32,000 bases of DNA from Geotalea daltonii FRC-32 (GCF_000022265.1 NC_011979.1:600001-632000), one strand, 5' to 3'; positions 1-8,479 are shown, counted from the stretch's first letter. Notes: generated from the letters alone by a model not told the origin. A program made the numbers and translations.

Positions 1-167
1 TTCTTGGCCTCCGGATCAAAGGAGGTTGACAGGTATTCCGAATAGTCGCTGAACTGGTAAGTGTCCGTACTTAGCAGGAGATCGCAATTCCCGAAAACCA
101 GACTCAAGGCCCCTTGAGAGGCAGCGAAGATCTTGTCGTAATTGTAGGTGGTCAAATCTTTTTCAGG
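1..167. repeat. Copy A of an exact direct repeat; a detached fragment of the flavoprotein gene at 638-1291, identical to 721-887
   Basis: Base-by-base comparison shows 1-167 = 721-887 with no mismatch. Identity breaks at 168 versus 888. The left limit is unknown because the window starts inside the repeat. Confidence 0.95.
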
Positions 168-180
168 AGGAAATCGGTGT

Positions 181-226
181 CAGGCTTGCAACTATGGAAT
201 TAGCAACTTGCACAATTGCAAGCCTG
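181..226. repeat. Inverted repeat with 11-bp arms (caggcttgcaa / ttgcaagcctg) and a 24-nt spacer
   Basis: Arms at 181-191 and 216-226 are perfect reverse complements. Confidence 0.85.
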
Positions 227-259
227 GCACCACCTTATGCATGGCACCACCTTATGCAT
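226..259. repeat. Perfect 17-bp tandem duplication (ggcaccaccttatgcat x2)
   Basis: 226-242 = 243-259, read directly. Confidence 0.9.
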
Positions 260-379
260 TTAATTGATTTAGGTGAGACCAAGGGGGCAGCCTTTGACAT
301 TCTATAGGGAGGAAAGACAATGACAGACAATATAATCGAGGGCTCCAAATTGAAGCAAGATAGCATTGGAAATTTAACA

Positions 380-440
380 GTGTCAGGTCTACACCTTGAC
401 AGAAAAGGATTAAATTAGTGTCAAGGTGTAGACCTGACAC
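380..440. repeat. Perfect 22-bp inverted repeat (hairpin) with a 17-nt loop
   Basis: gtgtcaggtctacaccttgaca at 380-401 is the exact reverse complement of 419-440. Confidence 0.9.
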
Positions 441-507
441 ATATTCTTCCTGTAGACCTGACACATATTCTTCCTGCATATTCTTCCTGTGACACATATT
501 CTTCCTG
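429..507. repeat. Iteron-like direct repeats: 24-mer x2, 18-mer tgacacatattcttcctg x3, 12-mer atattcttcctg x4
   Basis: The 24-mer tagacctgacacatattcttcctg occurs at 429-452 and 453-476. The 12-mer occurs at 441, 465, 478 and 496. The 18-mer occurs at 435, 459 and 490. Confidence 0.9.
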
Positions 508-637
508 TGCATGATGGATATTCTGGCCGTCTTGAGCAGAAGCCTAGAAAGAGGGCCTAAGTTCCCATAGCGGGAATTCCCCGGGAGAGGGACCAGAAGG
601 ACCATCTATGGGAGCTCCAGAGGTGTTCCGATTATGC

Positions 638-1291
638 CTAGCCAGGTACACTGGCCGCGAGTCTGGCCCCTAACTCGAATGCACGCTTACAATCTTGCGG
701 GAAGACCTCCTCGCGCCGCTTCTTCTTGGCCTCCGGATCAAAGGAGGTTGACAGGTATTCCGAATAGTCGCTGAACTGGTAAGTGTCCGTACTTAGCAGG
801 AGATCGCAATTCCCGAAAACCAGACTCAAGGCCCCTTGAGAGGCAGCGAAGATCTTGTCGTAATTGTAGGTGGTCAAATCTTTTTCAGGGATATTCATCG
901 TGTAAATCAGCCCGACTTGGAGTTTCCCCGGGAAAATAGGGGCATAGCCGGGGGTGTACGTGAGGAACGGAAACAGGAGGCGTTCTATAAAGGACCTCAT
1001 TTCCCCTGTCTCTGCACTGAAGTACACGGGGGTTCCGAGGATGAGGACGTCCGCCTCCGCGGCTTTCTTCAGAATCGGCGTCAGACCGTCGTTGACTGCA
1101 CACCGGCCATAACTCTTGCCACCTATTTTCTTGCAGGCAAAGCAACTGATACAGCCTTTGAAGTCATGGTCATAGAGATGCACCACCTCGGTTTCCGCAC
1201 CGTCCTTGGCGGCGCCCGCTACAGCATGCTCAAGCAAGGTTGCGGTATTCCAGTTCTTCCTGGGGCTGCCATTAATCGCAATTACTCTCAT
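638..1291 (-). CDS. Flavodoxin-fold NAD(P)H-dependent FMN reductase / iron-sulfur flavoprotein-like protein
   Basis: 217-aa ORF. The N-terminus MRVIAINGSPRK...NT is typical of the FMN_red family. It has a Cys cluster (CISCFAC...C) and an AGGAGA SD upstream of the ATG. Confidence 0.8.
   Translation of the reverse strand: MRVIAINGSPRKNWNTATLLEHAVAGAAKDGAETEVVHLYDHDFKGCISCFACKKIGGKSYGRCAVNDGLTPILKKAAEADVLILGTPVYFSAETGEMRSFIERLLFPFLTYTPGYAPIFPGKLQVGLIYTMNIPEKDLTTYNYDKIFAASQGALSLVFGNCDLLLSTDTYQFSDYSEYLSTSFDPEAKKKRREEVFPQDCKRAFELGARLAASVPG
721..887. repeat. Copy B of the exact direct repeat, lying inside the intact flavoprotein CDS
   Basis: Identical to 1-167. It may start further left (as far as 168+), which cannot be seen from this window. 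Confidence 0.95.
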
Positions 1292-1344
1292 GGTTTCTCC
1301 TTTTTTTCAATCCGGCGGGCTTTAAAAATCGGTCACACCGACGC

Positions 1345-1379
1345 TTCGATATTTGTCGAACCATTCGAAAATATTCGAA
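1345..1379. promoter_or_regulatory. Candidate ArsR operator in the divergent promoter region (TTCGAT/TTCGAA repeats)
   Basis: ttcgatatttgtcgaaccattcgaaaatattcgaa contains TTCGATAT...ATATTCGAA inverted halves and repeated TTCGAA. It lies between the divergent flavoprotein and arsR-family genes. Confidence 0.3.
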
Positions 1380-1433
1380 CTGTATTGCTCGGTCAAGCAT
1401 ATTTTTGTATGATGGCCGGTACATGGAGGAAGC

Positions 1434-1838
1434 ATGGTAGCGAAAAGTATCGAACAGGAGCAACCGTCGAGCAACGAGATCACCCTGCCCAAAATACTGC
1501 ACGCGCTAAGTGACCCAGTGCGGCTTGAGATAGTGCTTAAACTCGCCAGTGCCGGTGAAATCGCATGCGGATGTTTCGGCCTGGCTATGCCGAAATCTTC
1601 TTTATCCCACCATTTCAAGGTCCTGAGGACATCCGGTGTACTCGCCACAAGGCGTGAAGGCAAGGAGTGGGTCAACAGCCTTCGAAAAGAAGACCTCGAG
1701 GCACTATTCCCGGGAGTTCTCGACTCCATCATCGCCGCGGCGCGTGCGGGGCAAGGGGACGGAGGGGGGGGCGCACGTAGATTGTGCTGCCGCGGATTAA
1801 AAAAGGGAACAGGCCACTTTATTGACTGGGGGCTTTAA
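1434..1838 (+). CDS. ArsR/SmtB-family HTH transcriptional regulator with an atypical Gly/Arg-rich C-terminal tail
   Basis: LHALSDPVRLEIVLKL...SSLSHHFKVLRTSGV is the ArsR winged-helix signature. A GGAGGA SD sits 4-5 nt before the ATG at 1434. Confidence 0.8.
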   Translation: MVAKSIEQEQPSSNEITLPKILHALSDPVRLEIVLKLASAGEIACGCFGLAMPKSSLSHHFKVLRTSGVLATRREGKEWVNSLRKEDLEALFPGVLDSIIAAARAGQGDGGGGARRLCCRGLKKGTGHFIDWGL

Positions 1839-1862
1839 AAACCAGCCTGTCCCCTTTTTCAT

Positions 1863-2063
1863 GTCCGAACCGAAGATGAAGAAACTGCCAATGCAATCCG
1901 CAGAGCTACACGAACTGGTCGTCCCTTCGGCTCCGAAACTTTTATGGATATGCTGGAATTCCGGTTGAATCAGGCACTAAGACCCCGGAAACGAGGACGG
2001 CCACGCGTACTAACGAGGCAAGACCCGCCTAATAGAATCGGCGGGGCAAAGCCATACCCTTAA
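1863..2063 (+). pseudogene. C-terminal remnant of an IS200/RAYT-like (COG1943-type) transposase; no N-terminus and no start codon
   Basis: The open frame translates to EDEETANAIRRATRTGRPFGSETFMDMLEFRLNQALRPRKRGRPR. This is the characteristic tail of COG1943 transposase-like proteins. The catalytic Y1 domain is absent. Confidence 0.5.
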
Positions 2064-2081
2064 ATTGCAACAAAACAAAAA

Positions 2082-2109
2082 TTGACAAGTGCACCAAAAT
2101 TGGTACAAT
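2082..2109 (+). promoter_or_regulatory. Near-consensus sigma-70 promoter of the toxin-antitoxin operon
   Basis: TTGACA (2082-2087), 16-bp spacer, TACAAT (2104-2109), preceded by TGg (extended -10). Confidence 0.55.
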
Positions 2110-2118
2110 GGGCCACAA

Positions 2119-2475
2119 ATGACTGATATTGCGTTTGTCCTCAAAGTCGTATTTTACCACTCTGAAGCTGGCAATGAGCCGGTTCGGGAATGGCTTAAGG
2201 ATTTGCATCGTGATGACAAGCGCCAAATTGGCGAAGACATCAAGACCGCACAACTTGGCTGGCCATTGGGAATGCCGCTCATCAGAAAGATAGACAAAGA
2301 TTTATGGGAAGTACGAACGAGATTGGCAGACGGCATTGCACGGGTTTTTTTTACGGTTGATGATGAGTACATGATTTTACTGCATGGGTTTATAAAAAAA
2401 TCACAGAAGACCCCGCAAAACGAACTCAAGACGGCATTGAGCCGCCTTGGTACCTACAAAAGAGGTTCAAAATGA
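2119..2475 (+). CDS. Type II toxin, RelE/HigB superfamily (phage Gp49-like)
   Basis: YHSEAGNEPVREWLKDL...IGEDI...LWEVR...RVFF...ILLHGFIKKSQKTP matches the Gp49/HigB-like pattern. The start was moved to the ATG at 2119 because the ORF-track start at 2089 lies inside the promoter. Confidence 0.75.
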   Translation: MTDIAFVLKVVFYHSEAGNEPVREWLKDLHRDDKRQIGEDIKTAQLGWPLGMPLIRKIDKDLWEVRTRLADGIARVFFTVDDEYMILLHGFIKKSQKTPQNELKTALSRLGTYKRGSK

Positions 2476-2753
2476 AAAACGAACATTTGGGATCAAACTT
2501 CGATGATTTTCTTGAAGAGGAAGGTTTGCGTGCTGAAGCAGAAGCGGCAGCAATCAAAAGGGTTATTGCATTTCAGATAGAGCAGGAAATGAAACAAGCG
2601 AATCTTTCAAAAACCGCTATGGCTGAGAAGATGCACACCAGTCGCACTGCTTTGGACAGGCTCCTTGATCCTGCCAATGTTTCCGTTACCCTTCAGACCC
2701 TCGAAAGAGCGGCCCTTGCCCTCGGTAAAAGCCTCAAAATTGAGCTGGCATAA
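2472..2753 (+). CDS. XRE-type HTH antitoxin (HigA-like)
   Basis: 93-aa ORF. Its start overlaps the toxin stop (ATGA). The segment LSKTAMAEKMHTSRTALDRLL forms an HTH. Toxin-first gene order is typical of HigBA. Confidence 0.75.
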   Translation: MKNEHLGSNFDDFLEEEGLRAEAEAAAIKRVIAFQIEQEMKQANLSKTAMAEKMHTSRTALDRLLDPANVSVTLQTLERAALALGKSLKIELA

Positions 2754-2966
2754 CTGAGCGCACCACATGAAAATAACCTCTATCGAGACTTTGTGGACAC
2801 GGTCTGGATAAATATATGCCGAGTCAGCACGGGCCATTGTGCAATGCACGGATAAACATCCTCGATCAAACCAGAAAGAATAAATCCATCATACGCTGAC
2901 CGGAAATCCCCCTCCCCCTGATGCCCTCAATCGCCTCATTGCAGCCTACATAGAACGTCATCACCA

Positions 2967-5531
2967 TTATCCCCACAAAAGCAAACTCGGCTCATAGATC
3001 GGTCCCAACACCGGGTGTTTGGGCATGACCCGCAGCATGAAGCCGTGCCGGCCGCAGAAGCGGCAGTCCAGCTGGCCGCTGAAATAGTGGGCGCCGGCCC
3101 CGTCCGGTGCCGAGGGTGTAAGCGGCACCAGTTCACCGCCTATGATGGCGCCGCGGGAATCGAGGACGCCGTAATAGGCATCCACCGCCAGCTGATCCAG
3201 GGGAATCTCGTCGACGAAAATCTTCGCCCGCAGCGGAATGCTGCTCCCGGCCAGGATATCCTGGCTCATCTCCGCCTCCACCTGCTCGATGCGCACATGG
3301 TGCCAGAGGCGGTGCATCTTTTCCTTCCACCTTGCCAGGTCCACGGCCAGCGTCGAGTTGTTTTCGTTCAGCATCTGCCACTGTTCAAAAGCGGTAAAGT
3401 AGAAGGTTTCACTGTACTGCTGCACCATCCTGTCGGTGCTGAAGGTGGGGCAGAGCGACTGCAGCGATGCCTTCATGCAAGCGATCCAGCCACGGGGAAT
3501 GCCGTCGCTGCCCCGATCGTAGAAGAGGGGCACGATCTCCTTCTCCAGCAGATCGTAGATGGCTCTGCTTTCCACCTCGTTCTGATATTCAAGGTCGTCG
3601 TAGACTTCTCCCTTGCCGATGGCCCAGCCGTTGTTGCCCCGGTATCCTTCACACCACCAGCCATCGAGAACGCTCATGTTGAGGCCGCCGTTGAAGGCGA
3701 CTTTCATGCCGCTGGTGCCGCTCGCCTCCAGGGGACGCAGCGGGGTGTTAAGCCAGACATCCACCCCCTGTACCAGGTGGCGGGCCACCGACATGTCATA
3801 ATCCTCCAGAAAGACGATGCGGTGGCGGAAGCGCTCCTGATGGGAAAGCTGAACGATCTGCCGGATGAGTTCCTTACCCTGGTGATCGGCGGGATGCGCC
3901 TTGCCGGCAAAGACGATCTGCACCGGCCGGGTGGAATTGTTGACGATACGCGCCAGCCGTTCCACGTCGTGAAGCAGCAGCGTACCCCGCTTGTAGGTGG
4001 CGAAGCGGCGGGCAAAGCCGATGGTGAGAATATCGGGATCGAGGACTTCATCGGCAACGGCGATTTCCTTGGCGGTGGCACCCACCTGGCAGAGCTGTTC
4101 CTTGAGCCTTTTGCGGGCGTAATCCACCAGATGCTCCCGACCATGTTTATGGGTACGCCAGAGCTCGCCGTCGGGTATGCGCGAAACACGGCGCCAGACC
4201 GAGGCGTCGGTGGGGTCTTCCAGCCAGCGGGTGCCCAGATAACGGATCAGCAGCCGGGCCATCTCTCGGGAAAGCCAGGTTTTGTTATGGACGCCGTTGG
4301 TGATGGAGGTAAGCGGCAGATGTTCTTCGGGGAGATCCGGCCAGACGTTTTTCCACATTTTCCGCGAGACTTCGCCATGGAGTTGGCTGACGCCGTTGGC
4401 GTGACCGGTGAGTTTCAGGGCCAGAACTGCCATACAGAACATTTCGTGGGGATTGCGGGCGTTCTGCCGTCCGAGGGAGAGAAATTCTTCCCTGGACAGT
4501 CCCAGGCCACGGTAGTAGCGTCCCAGGTATTTATCGATCAGGTCAGCGGGAAAGTGGTCGATTCCGGCTTCCACCGGGGTGTGGGTGGTGAAGACAGTGC
4601 CGGCCTTTACCGCTTCGCAGGCCTCGCTGAATTTGAGGCGGCGTTCCTCCATGAGCAGGCGGGTCCGCTCCAGGGAGAGAAAGGCGGCGTGGCCTTCATT
4701 CATGTGGCAGACATGTGGTTCTATCCCCAGAAGGTGCAGTGCCCTGACGCCGCCGATGGAGAGCAGAATCTCCTGCCTGATGCGCATTTCCTGATCGCCG
4801 CCGTAGAGACGGGTGGTGATGTTCCGGTCATCCGGGGAATTTTCCTCCAGGTTGGTATCAAGGAGGTAAAGGGGGATGCGCCCAACCTGAGCCCTCCAGA
4901 TCTGGATCTTTACCCGGTTGCCCGCCAGGTCCAGCTCAAGAAGGAGCGGTGTGCCATCGGCCTTGCGTTCAAGGTGCAGGGGCAGGTTGTAGAAATCGTT
5001 TTCCGGATAAAATTCCTGCTGCCATCCCTCGATGTTCAGGTACTGGCGGAAATAGCCCTGGCGGTAGAGGAGCCCGACCCCCACCAGGGGGAGCCCCAGG
5101 TCGCTGGCCGATTTGAGATGATCGCCGGCGAGAATGCCGAGCCCCCCAGAATATATGGGGAGTGATTCGTGCAGGCCGAACTCCATGGAGAAGTAGGCGA
5201 CGCGGAGACCGTCGTCCTCCCGGTGCAGCTTGCTGTACCAGGTCTTTGCCGCCAGGTATTCCTTGAGCTTGTCTTCCACCATGGCCAGATGGGAGATGAA
5301 GCCCTCGTCGGCCTTGAGCATTTCCAGGGTTGTCTGCTGCAGGATGCCCAGCATCTCCACCGGATTGTGACGGGTTTCCCGCCACAGTTCCGGATCGAGT
5401 CGTGTGAAAAGCTCGATGGCATCAGGTTCCCAGCACCACCACAGGTTATAGGCGATACGCTGGAGGCCGGCCAGTTCCTTTGGTAACGAGGGAGTAACGG
5501 TAAAACGGTGAAGGATTTTGCTGAAATTCAT
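2967..5531 (-). CDS. glgP: Alpha-glucan (glycogen/maltodextrin) phosphorylase, GT35 family
   Basis: 854-aa ORF with YFSMEFGL...GGLGILAGD, EASGTSGMK (PLP-Lys region) and NGG motifs. AAGGAG SD upstream. Confidence 0.9.
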   Translation of the reverse strand: MNFSKILHRFTVTPSLPKELAGLQRIAYNLWWCWEPDAIELFTRLDPELWRETRHNPVEMLGILQQTTLEMLKADEGFISHLAMVEDKLKEYLAAKTWYSKLHREDDGLRVAYFSMEFGLHESLPIYSGGLGILAGDHLKSASDLGLPLVGVGLLYRQGYFRQYLNIEGWQQEFYPENDFYNLPLHLERKADGTPLLLELDLAGNRVKIQIWRAQVGRIPLYLLDTNLEENSPDDRNITTRLYGGDQEMRIRQEILLSIGGVRALHLLGIEPHVCHMNEGHAAFLSLERTRLLMEERRLKFSEACEAVKAGTVFTTHTPVEAGIDHFPADLIDKYLGRYYRGLGLSREEFLSLGRQNARNPHEMFCMAVLALKLTGHANGVSQLHGEVSRKMWKNVWPDLPEEHLPLTSITNGVHNKTWLSREMARLLIRYLGTRWLEDPTDASVWRRVSRIPDGELWRTHKHGREHLVDYARKRLKEQLCQVGATAKEIAVADEVLDPDILTIGFARRFATYKRGTLLLHDVERLARIVNNSTRPVQIVFAGKAHPADHQGKELIRQIVQLSHQERFRHRIVFLEDYDMSVARHLVQGVDVWLNTPLRPLEASGTSGMKVAFNGGLNMSVLDGWWCEGYRGNNGWAIGKGEVYDDLEYQNEVESRAIYDLLEKEIVPLFYDRGSDGIPRGWIACMKASLQSLCPTFSTDRMVQQYSETFYFTAFEQWQMLNENNSTLAVDLARWKEKMHRLWHHVRIEQVEAEMSQDILAGSSIPLRAKIFVDEIPLDQLAVDAYYGVLDSRGAIIGGELVPLTPSAPDGAGAHYFSGQLDCRFCGRHGFMLRVMPKHPVLGPIYEPSLLLWG

Positions 5532-5590
5532 GGTGGTTACTCCTTCAAAGCCCTTCTAAAGGCATCAGCGTTTTTTGGATTTTAGCAGGT

Positions 5591-6955
5591 TCAGGATCTT
5601 TCGATACCGAACTTCTCCAGGCGGTACTGGAGTGTCTTATAGCTCATTCCCAGAAGCGGCGCCGCCTTGCTGATGATGCCGTCGGCCCGTTCCATGGCTT
5701 TGATGATCAGATCCCGCTCCAGTTCCTCGATGGAAATCCCCTGTGGCGGAAATTCAAAAGGGAGTTTGGTGATATTGGCCATCTCTTCGTGGACTTCGGC
5801 AGGCAGGTCCTCCGGCAGGATCTGGTCCGATTCCGCCATGAGCACCCCCCTCTCGATAACCGATTCAAGCTGCCTGACGTTTCCCGGCCAGCTGTAATTC
5901 ATGAGTATCTTCAAGGCCGGCTTCGATATGCCATTCAAGGCAATGCCGGAAGCGGCGCTGTACTTCTCGAGGAAGAAATCTGCCAGGGTGGCGATATCGT
6001 TACCCCGCTCCCGGAGCGGCGGCAGTGTCACCCGAATGACGTTCAGACGGTAGAACAGGTCCTCGCGAAAGTTCCCTTTCTTGATCTCCGCTTCCAGATC
6101 CCGGTTGGTGGCCGAAATGATACGGACATCGATGGGAATATTGACCTTTCCTCCCACCCGCCGGATCTCCTTTTCCTGGATGGCGCGCAGGAGCTTTGCC
6201 TGCATGGCCACATTCATCTCGCCGATTTCGTCGAGAAATATGGTGCCCCCTTGGGAAGCCTCCAACAGACCGATTTCCCGGCTGGCAGCGCCGGTAAAGG
6301 AGCCTTTTTCATGGCCGAAGAGTTCGCTTTCAATGAGGGTGTCGGGAATGGCGGCGCAGTTGATGGCAAAAAATGGTTTGTCACGGCGGGGGCTGCCATC
6401 GTGAATGGCCTTGGCCACCAGTTCCTTGCCCGTTCCTGATTCGCCATAGATAAGGACGGTGGAACTGGTGGGAGCGATTTTGCCGATGATGCGGGCCACT
6501 TCCTTTATTTTCGGATGTTCTCCGATCATGTTGGAGATGGCCATGGTTTCTTTCAGCTTTCTGTGAAGCACGGCGTTTTCATGGAGAAGACCTATATGTT
6601 CGAAGGCCCGCTTGACGGTCAGAAGCAGGTCCTCGCGTTCCAGCGGCTTTTCCAGGTAATCGAATGCTCCCTTCTTCATGGCTTCCACGGCAGAGTCGAT
6701 GGTGCCGTGGGCAGTCATCATGACCACGCACTGGCGATTGTTATCTGTCAGCAGAGTTTCCATGAGTTCCATGCCCGACATCCCTTGCATCTTCAGGTCG
6801 GTAAGAATAAGGTCGAATTCCTTGTCCGCAAGCTCTGCCAGCGCTTCCCTTGCACCGGGCACCGCTGCAGTAGCATATCCCTGCTTCTGCAGAATGGCGG
6901 TAAGAATATCTCGCTGTCCCTTTTCATCGTCTACTATCAAAATGCTACCCGACAT
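5591..6955 (-). CDS. Sigma-54-dependent response regulator (NtrC family: REC + AAA+ + Fis HTH)
   Basis: ILIVDDE...DLILTDLKM receiver, GESGTGKE Walker A, GSFTGA loop and a C-terminal HTH. Confidence 0.9.
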   Translation of the reverse strand: MSGSILIVDDEKGQRDILTAILQKQGYATAAVPGAREALAELADKEFDLILTDLKMQGMSGMELMETLLTDNNRQCVVMMTAHGTIDSAVEAMKKGAFDYLEKPLEREDLLLTVKRAFEHIGLLHENAVLHRKLKETMAISNMIGEHPKIKEVARIIGKIAPTSSTVLIYGESGTGKELVAKAIHDGSPRRDKPFFAINCAAIPDTLIESELFGHEKGSFTGAASREIGLLEASQGGTIFLDEIGEMNVAMQAKLLRAIQEKEIRRVGGKVNIPIDVRIISATNRDLEAEIKKGNFREDLFYRLNVIRVTLPPLRERGNDIATLADFFLEKYSAASGIALNGISKPALKILMNYSWPGNVRQLESVIERGVLMAESDQILPEDLPAEVHEEMANITKLPFEFPPQGISIEELERDLIIKAMERADGIISKAAPLLGMSYKTLQYRLEKFGIERS

Positions 6956-6981
6956 ATGTTCTCCTGAAAAGAGCCTGACGC

Positions 6982-8430
6982 TTAAATTTGTTCATAGCCC
7001 GCATTCTGGGGTTTTTTCACCGGCAGGACCATGGTAAAGGTGGTACCGCTGCCCACGGTACTGTTCACCCTGAGTTCGCCGCCGTGTTCCCTGACGATTC
7101 TTTCCGTAATGGCGAGCCCCAGGCCTATTCCCGCTTCCTTGGTGGTGAAATAGGGCTGAAATATCTTGCCGATGTCACCTGCGGCGATGCCGGCTCCTTG
7201 GTCGGCAAAGGTGAGGATGAATCGCTTTTCCTCTGGGGCAAATGCTGCTCCAAGGGTGATGGTGCCCCCTTCGGGCATGGCTTGGGCCGCATTGGTGATG
7301 AAATTGAAAAGGCAGTTGCGCATCAGTTCGGCATCCACCTGCATGGCGGGCAGGTCTGCCGGGATATCCATCGCCACCCGGATACGCTGTTCGTCAAGCT
7401 TGTCCTGTAGCAGAGGCAGCGCCTTGCCGATCAAATCGGCATAACGTACCTCGCTGGTGCGCAGTTTCAGTGGCCGGCCGTAATTCATGAAATTCAGGAC
7501 CATGTAATTGGCTTTGCGCACCTCTTCCTTGATGTTGTCGGTGATCGCCTCCAGCTCCTTGCTCCGCTCCGGGCAGGTGGGGAGCAGTTCGCTTTTCAGG
7601 TGGTCGATGGCAAGGCTGATGTAGTTGAGTGGATTTCTGATTTCGTGGGCGATGCCTGAGGCCAGCTGTCCTACCTTGGAGAGATGCTCCGCTTCGTAGA
7701 GACGTTTTTCCAGGTTTTCCCGTTCCCGCAATTTTTCCACCATCTCATTGAAACTTTTGGCAAGTTCGCCGATCTCATCCTTGCTTTCCACGGGAAAGGT
7801 CACCGACAGATCCCCCGCAGATACCTTTTTTACCCCGGCTGCCAGCCGGTTGATAGGGGTGGTATACCTTCTGGCCAGAAAAAAGGTGAGGAGGATGCCG
7901 AAGGAAAAAACCATGCAGGTGGCAACCAGACGGCGGATGAAGTTGGCGTGCTGGATGTCGCGGATATTGTCCAGGAGCAGGTTGATCTGTACATATCCCA
8001 GTTGCTCGTCGCCGACAATGACCGGGACTACCAGGTCATAGGGGCGAAGGGACGGTGAAACGCCGGTGATCTTCCCTTTGTGGGAGGCCTTAAGGCCTTT
8101 CTCCAGCTTTTTTATTTCACGCTTTTTGCCGACCTTTTCCGGGTCGGAGGAGTTGATAATCTCCCCTTCGTTGCTGATGATGTTTATTTCGTTGATGCCC
8201 TTGTTTCTGGCCTGTTGAAAGTAGTCCTCGAGGCGGGAGGATTCGCTCTCTTCCTCCGAAGTGAGATCCTCGACACTGATCTGGATGGCTTTGGATACTT
8301 CGGTGGAGCTTTCCTGCATCTCTTGCACCAGATCGTTCTGGCTGAACTGATTCATGATGAAGAGAATCAAGGTGGCGATGACGAGAAGGGTGAGCATCAT
8401 TGCCACCAGCTTGGTATTGAGTTTCATCAT
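6982..8430 (-). CDS. Membrane sensor histidine kinase (2 TM, periplasmic loop, HAMP, HisKA, HATPase)
   Basis: GIAHEIRNPLN H-box, a HAMP segment (PINRLAAGVKKVSAGDLS) and G-boxes (DQGAGI, GLGL). It sits 26 nt upstream of the cognate regulator gene. Confidence 0.85.
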   Translation of the reverse strand: MMKLNTKLVAMMLTLLVIATLILFIMNQFSQNDLVQEMQESSTEVSKAIQISVEDLTSEEESESSRLEDYFQQARNKGINEINIISNEGEIINSSDPEKVGKKREIKKLEKGLKASHKGKITGVSPSLRPYDLVVPVIVGDEQLGYVQINLLLDNIRDIQHANFIRRLVATCMVFSFGILLTFFLARRYTTPINRLAAGVKKVSAGDLSVTFPVESKDEIGELAKSFNEMVEKLRERENLEKRLYEAEHLSKVGQLASGIAHEIRNPLNYISLAIDHLKSELLPTCPERSKELEAITDNIKEEVRKANYMVLNFMNYGRPLKLRTSEVRYADLIGKALPLLQDKLDEQRIRVAMDIPADLPAMQVDAELMRNCLFNFITNAAQAMPEGGTITLGAAFAPEEKRFILTFADQGAGIAAGDIGKIFQPYFTTKEAGIGLGLAITERIVREHGGELRVNSTVGSGTTFTMVLPVKKPQNAGYEQI

Positions 8431-8479
8431 AGTGCCTTCTGTTTATGCGGTCCGTGCAGCGGTTGGGTTAAACCGGTAA

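Noticed and set aside
429-507. Possible mini-CRISPR array
   Set aside because: The repeat units are only 12-24 nt, with 'spacers' of 12, 1 and 6 nt that are themselves repeated. This is not CRISPR geometry, and no cas genes are present.
252-605. 117-aa ORF on the - strand through the repeat block
   Set aside because: Its sequence (MHRKNMCHRKNMQEEYVSGLQEEYVSGL...) is simply the tandem repeats translated. It has no SD and no domain.
1-887. DGR template/variable repeat pair
   Set aside because: The two copies are identical at every position, including adenines. No reverse transcriptase is in view.
836-1513. 225-aa ORF on the + strand
   Set aside because: It is antisense to the flavoprotein gene and runs across the divergent promoter into arsR. 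It has no domain signature.
3015-5165. 716-aa ORF on the + strand
   Set aside because: It is entirely antisense to the strongly recognisable glgP gene. Its composition is Ala/Gly/Pro/Arg/Val-rich with no motif, as is typical of stop-poor antisense frames in GC-rich DNA.
4579-5486. Several 70-140-aa ORFs in both orientations within glgP
   Set aside because: They are nested in or antisense to glgP and have no independent signals.
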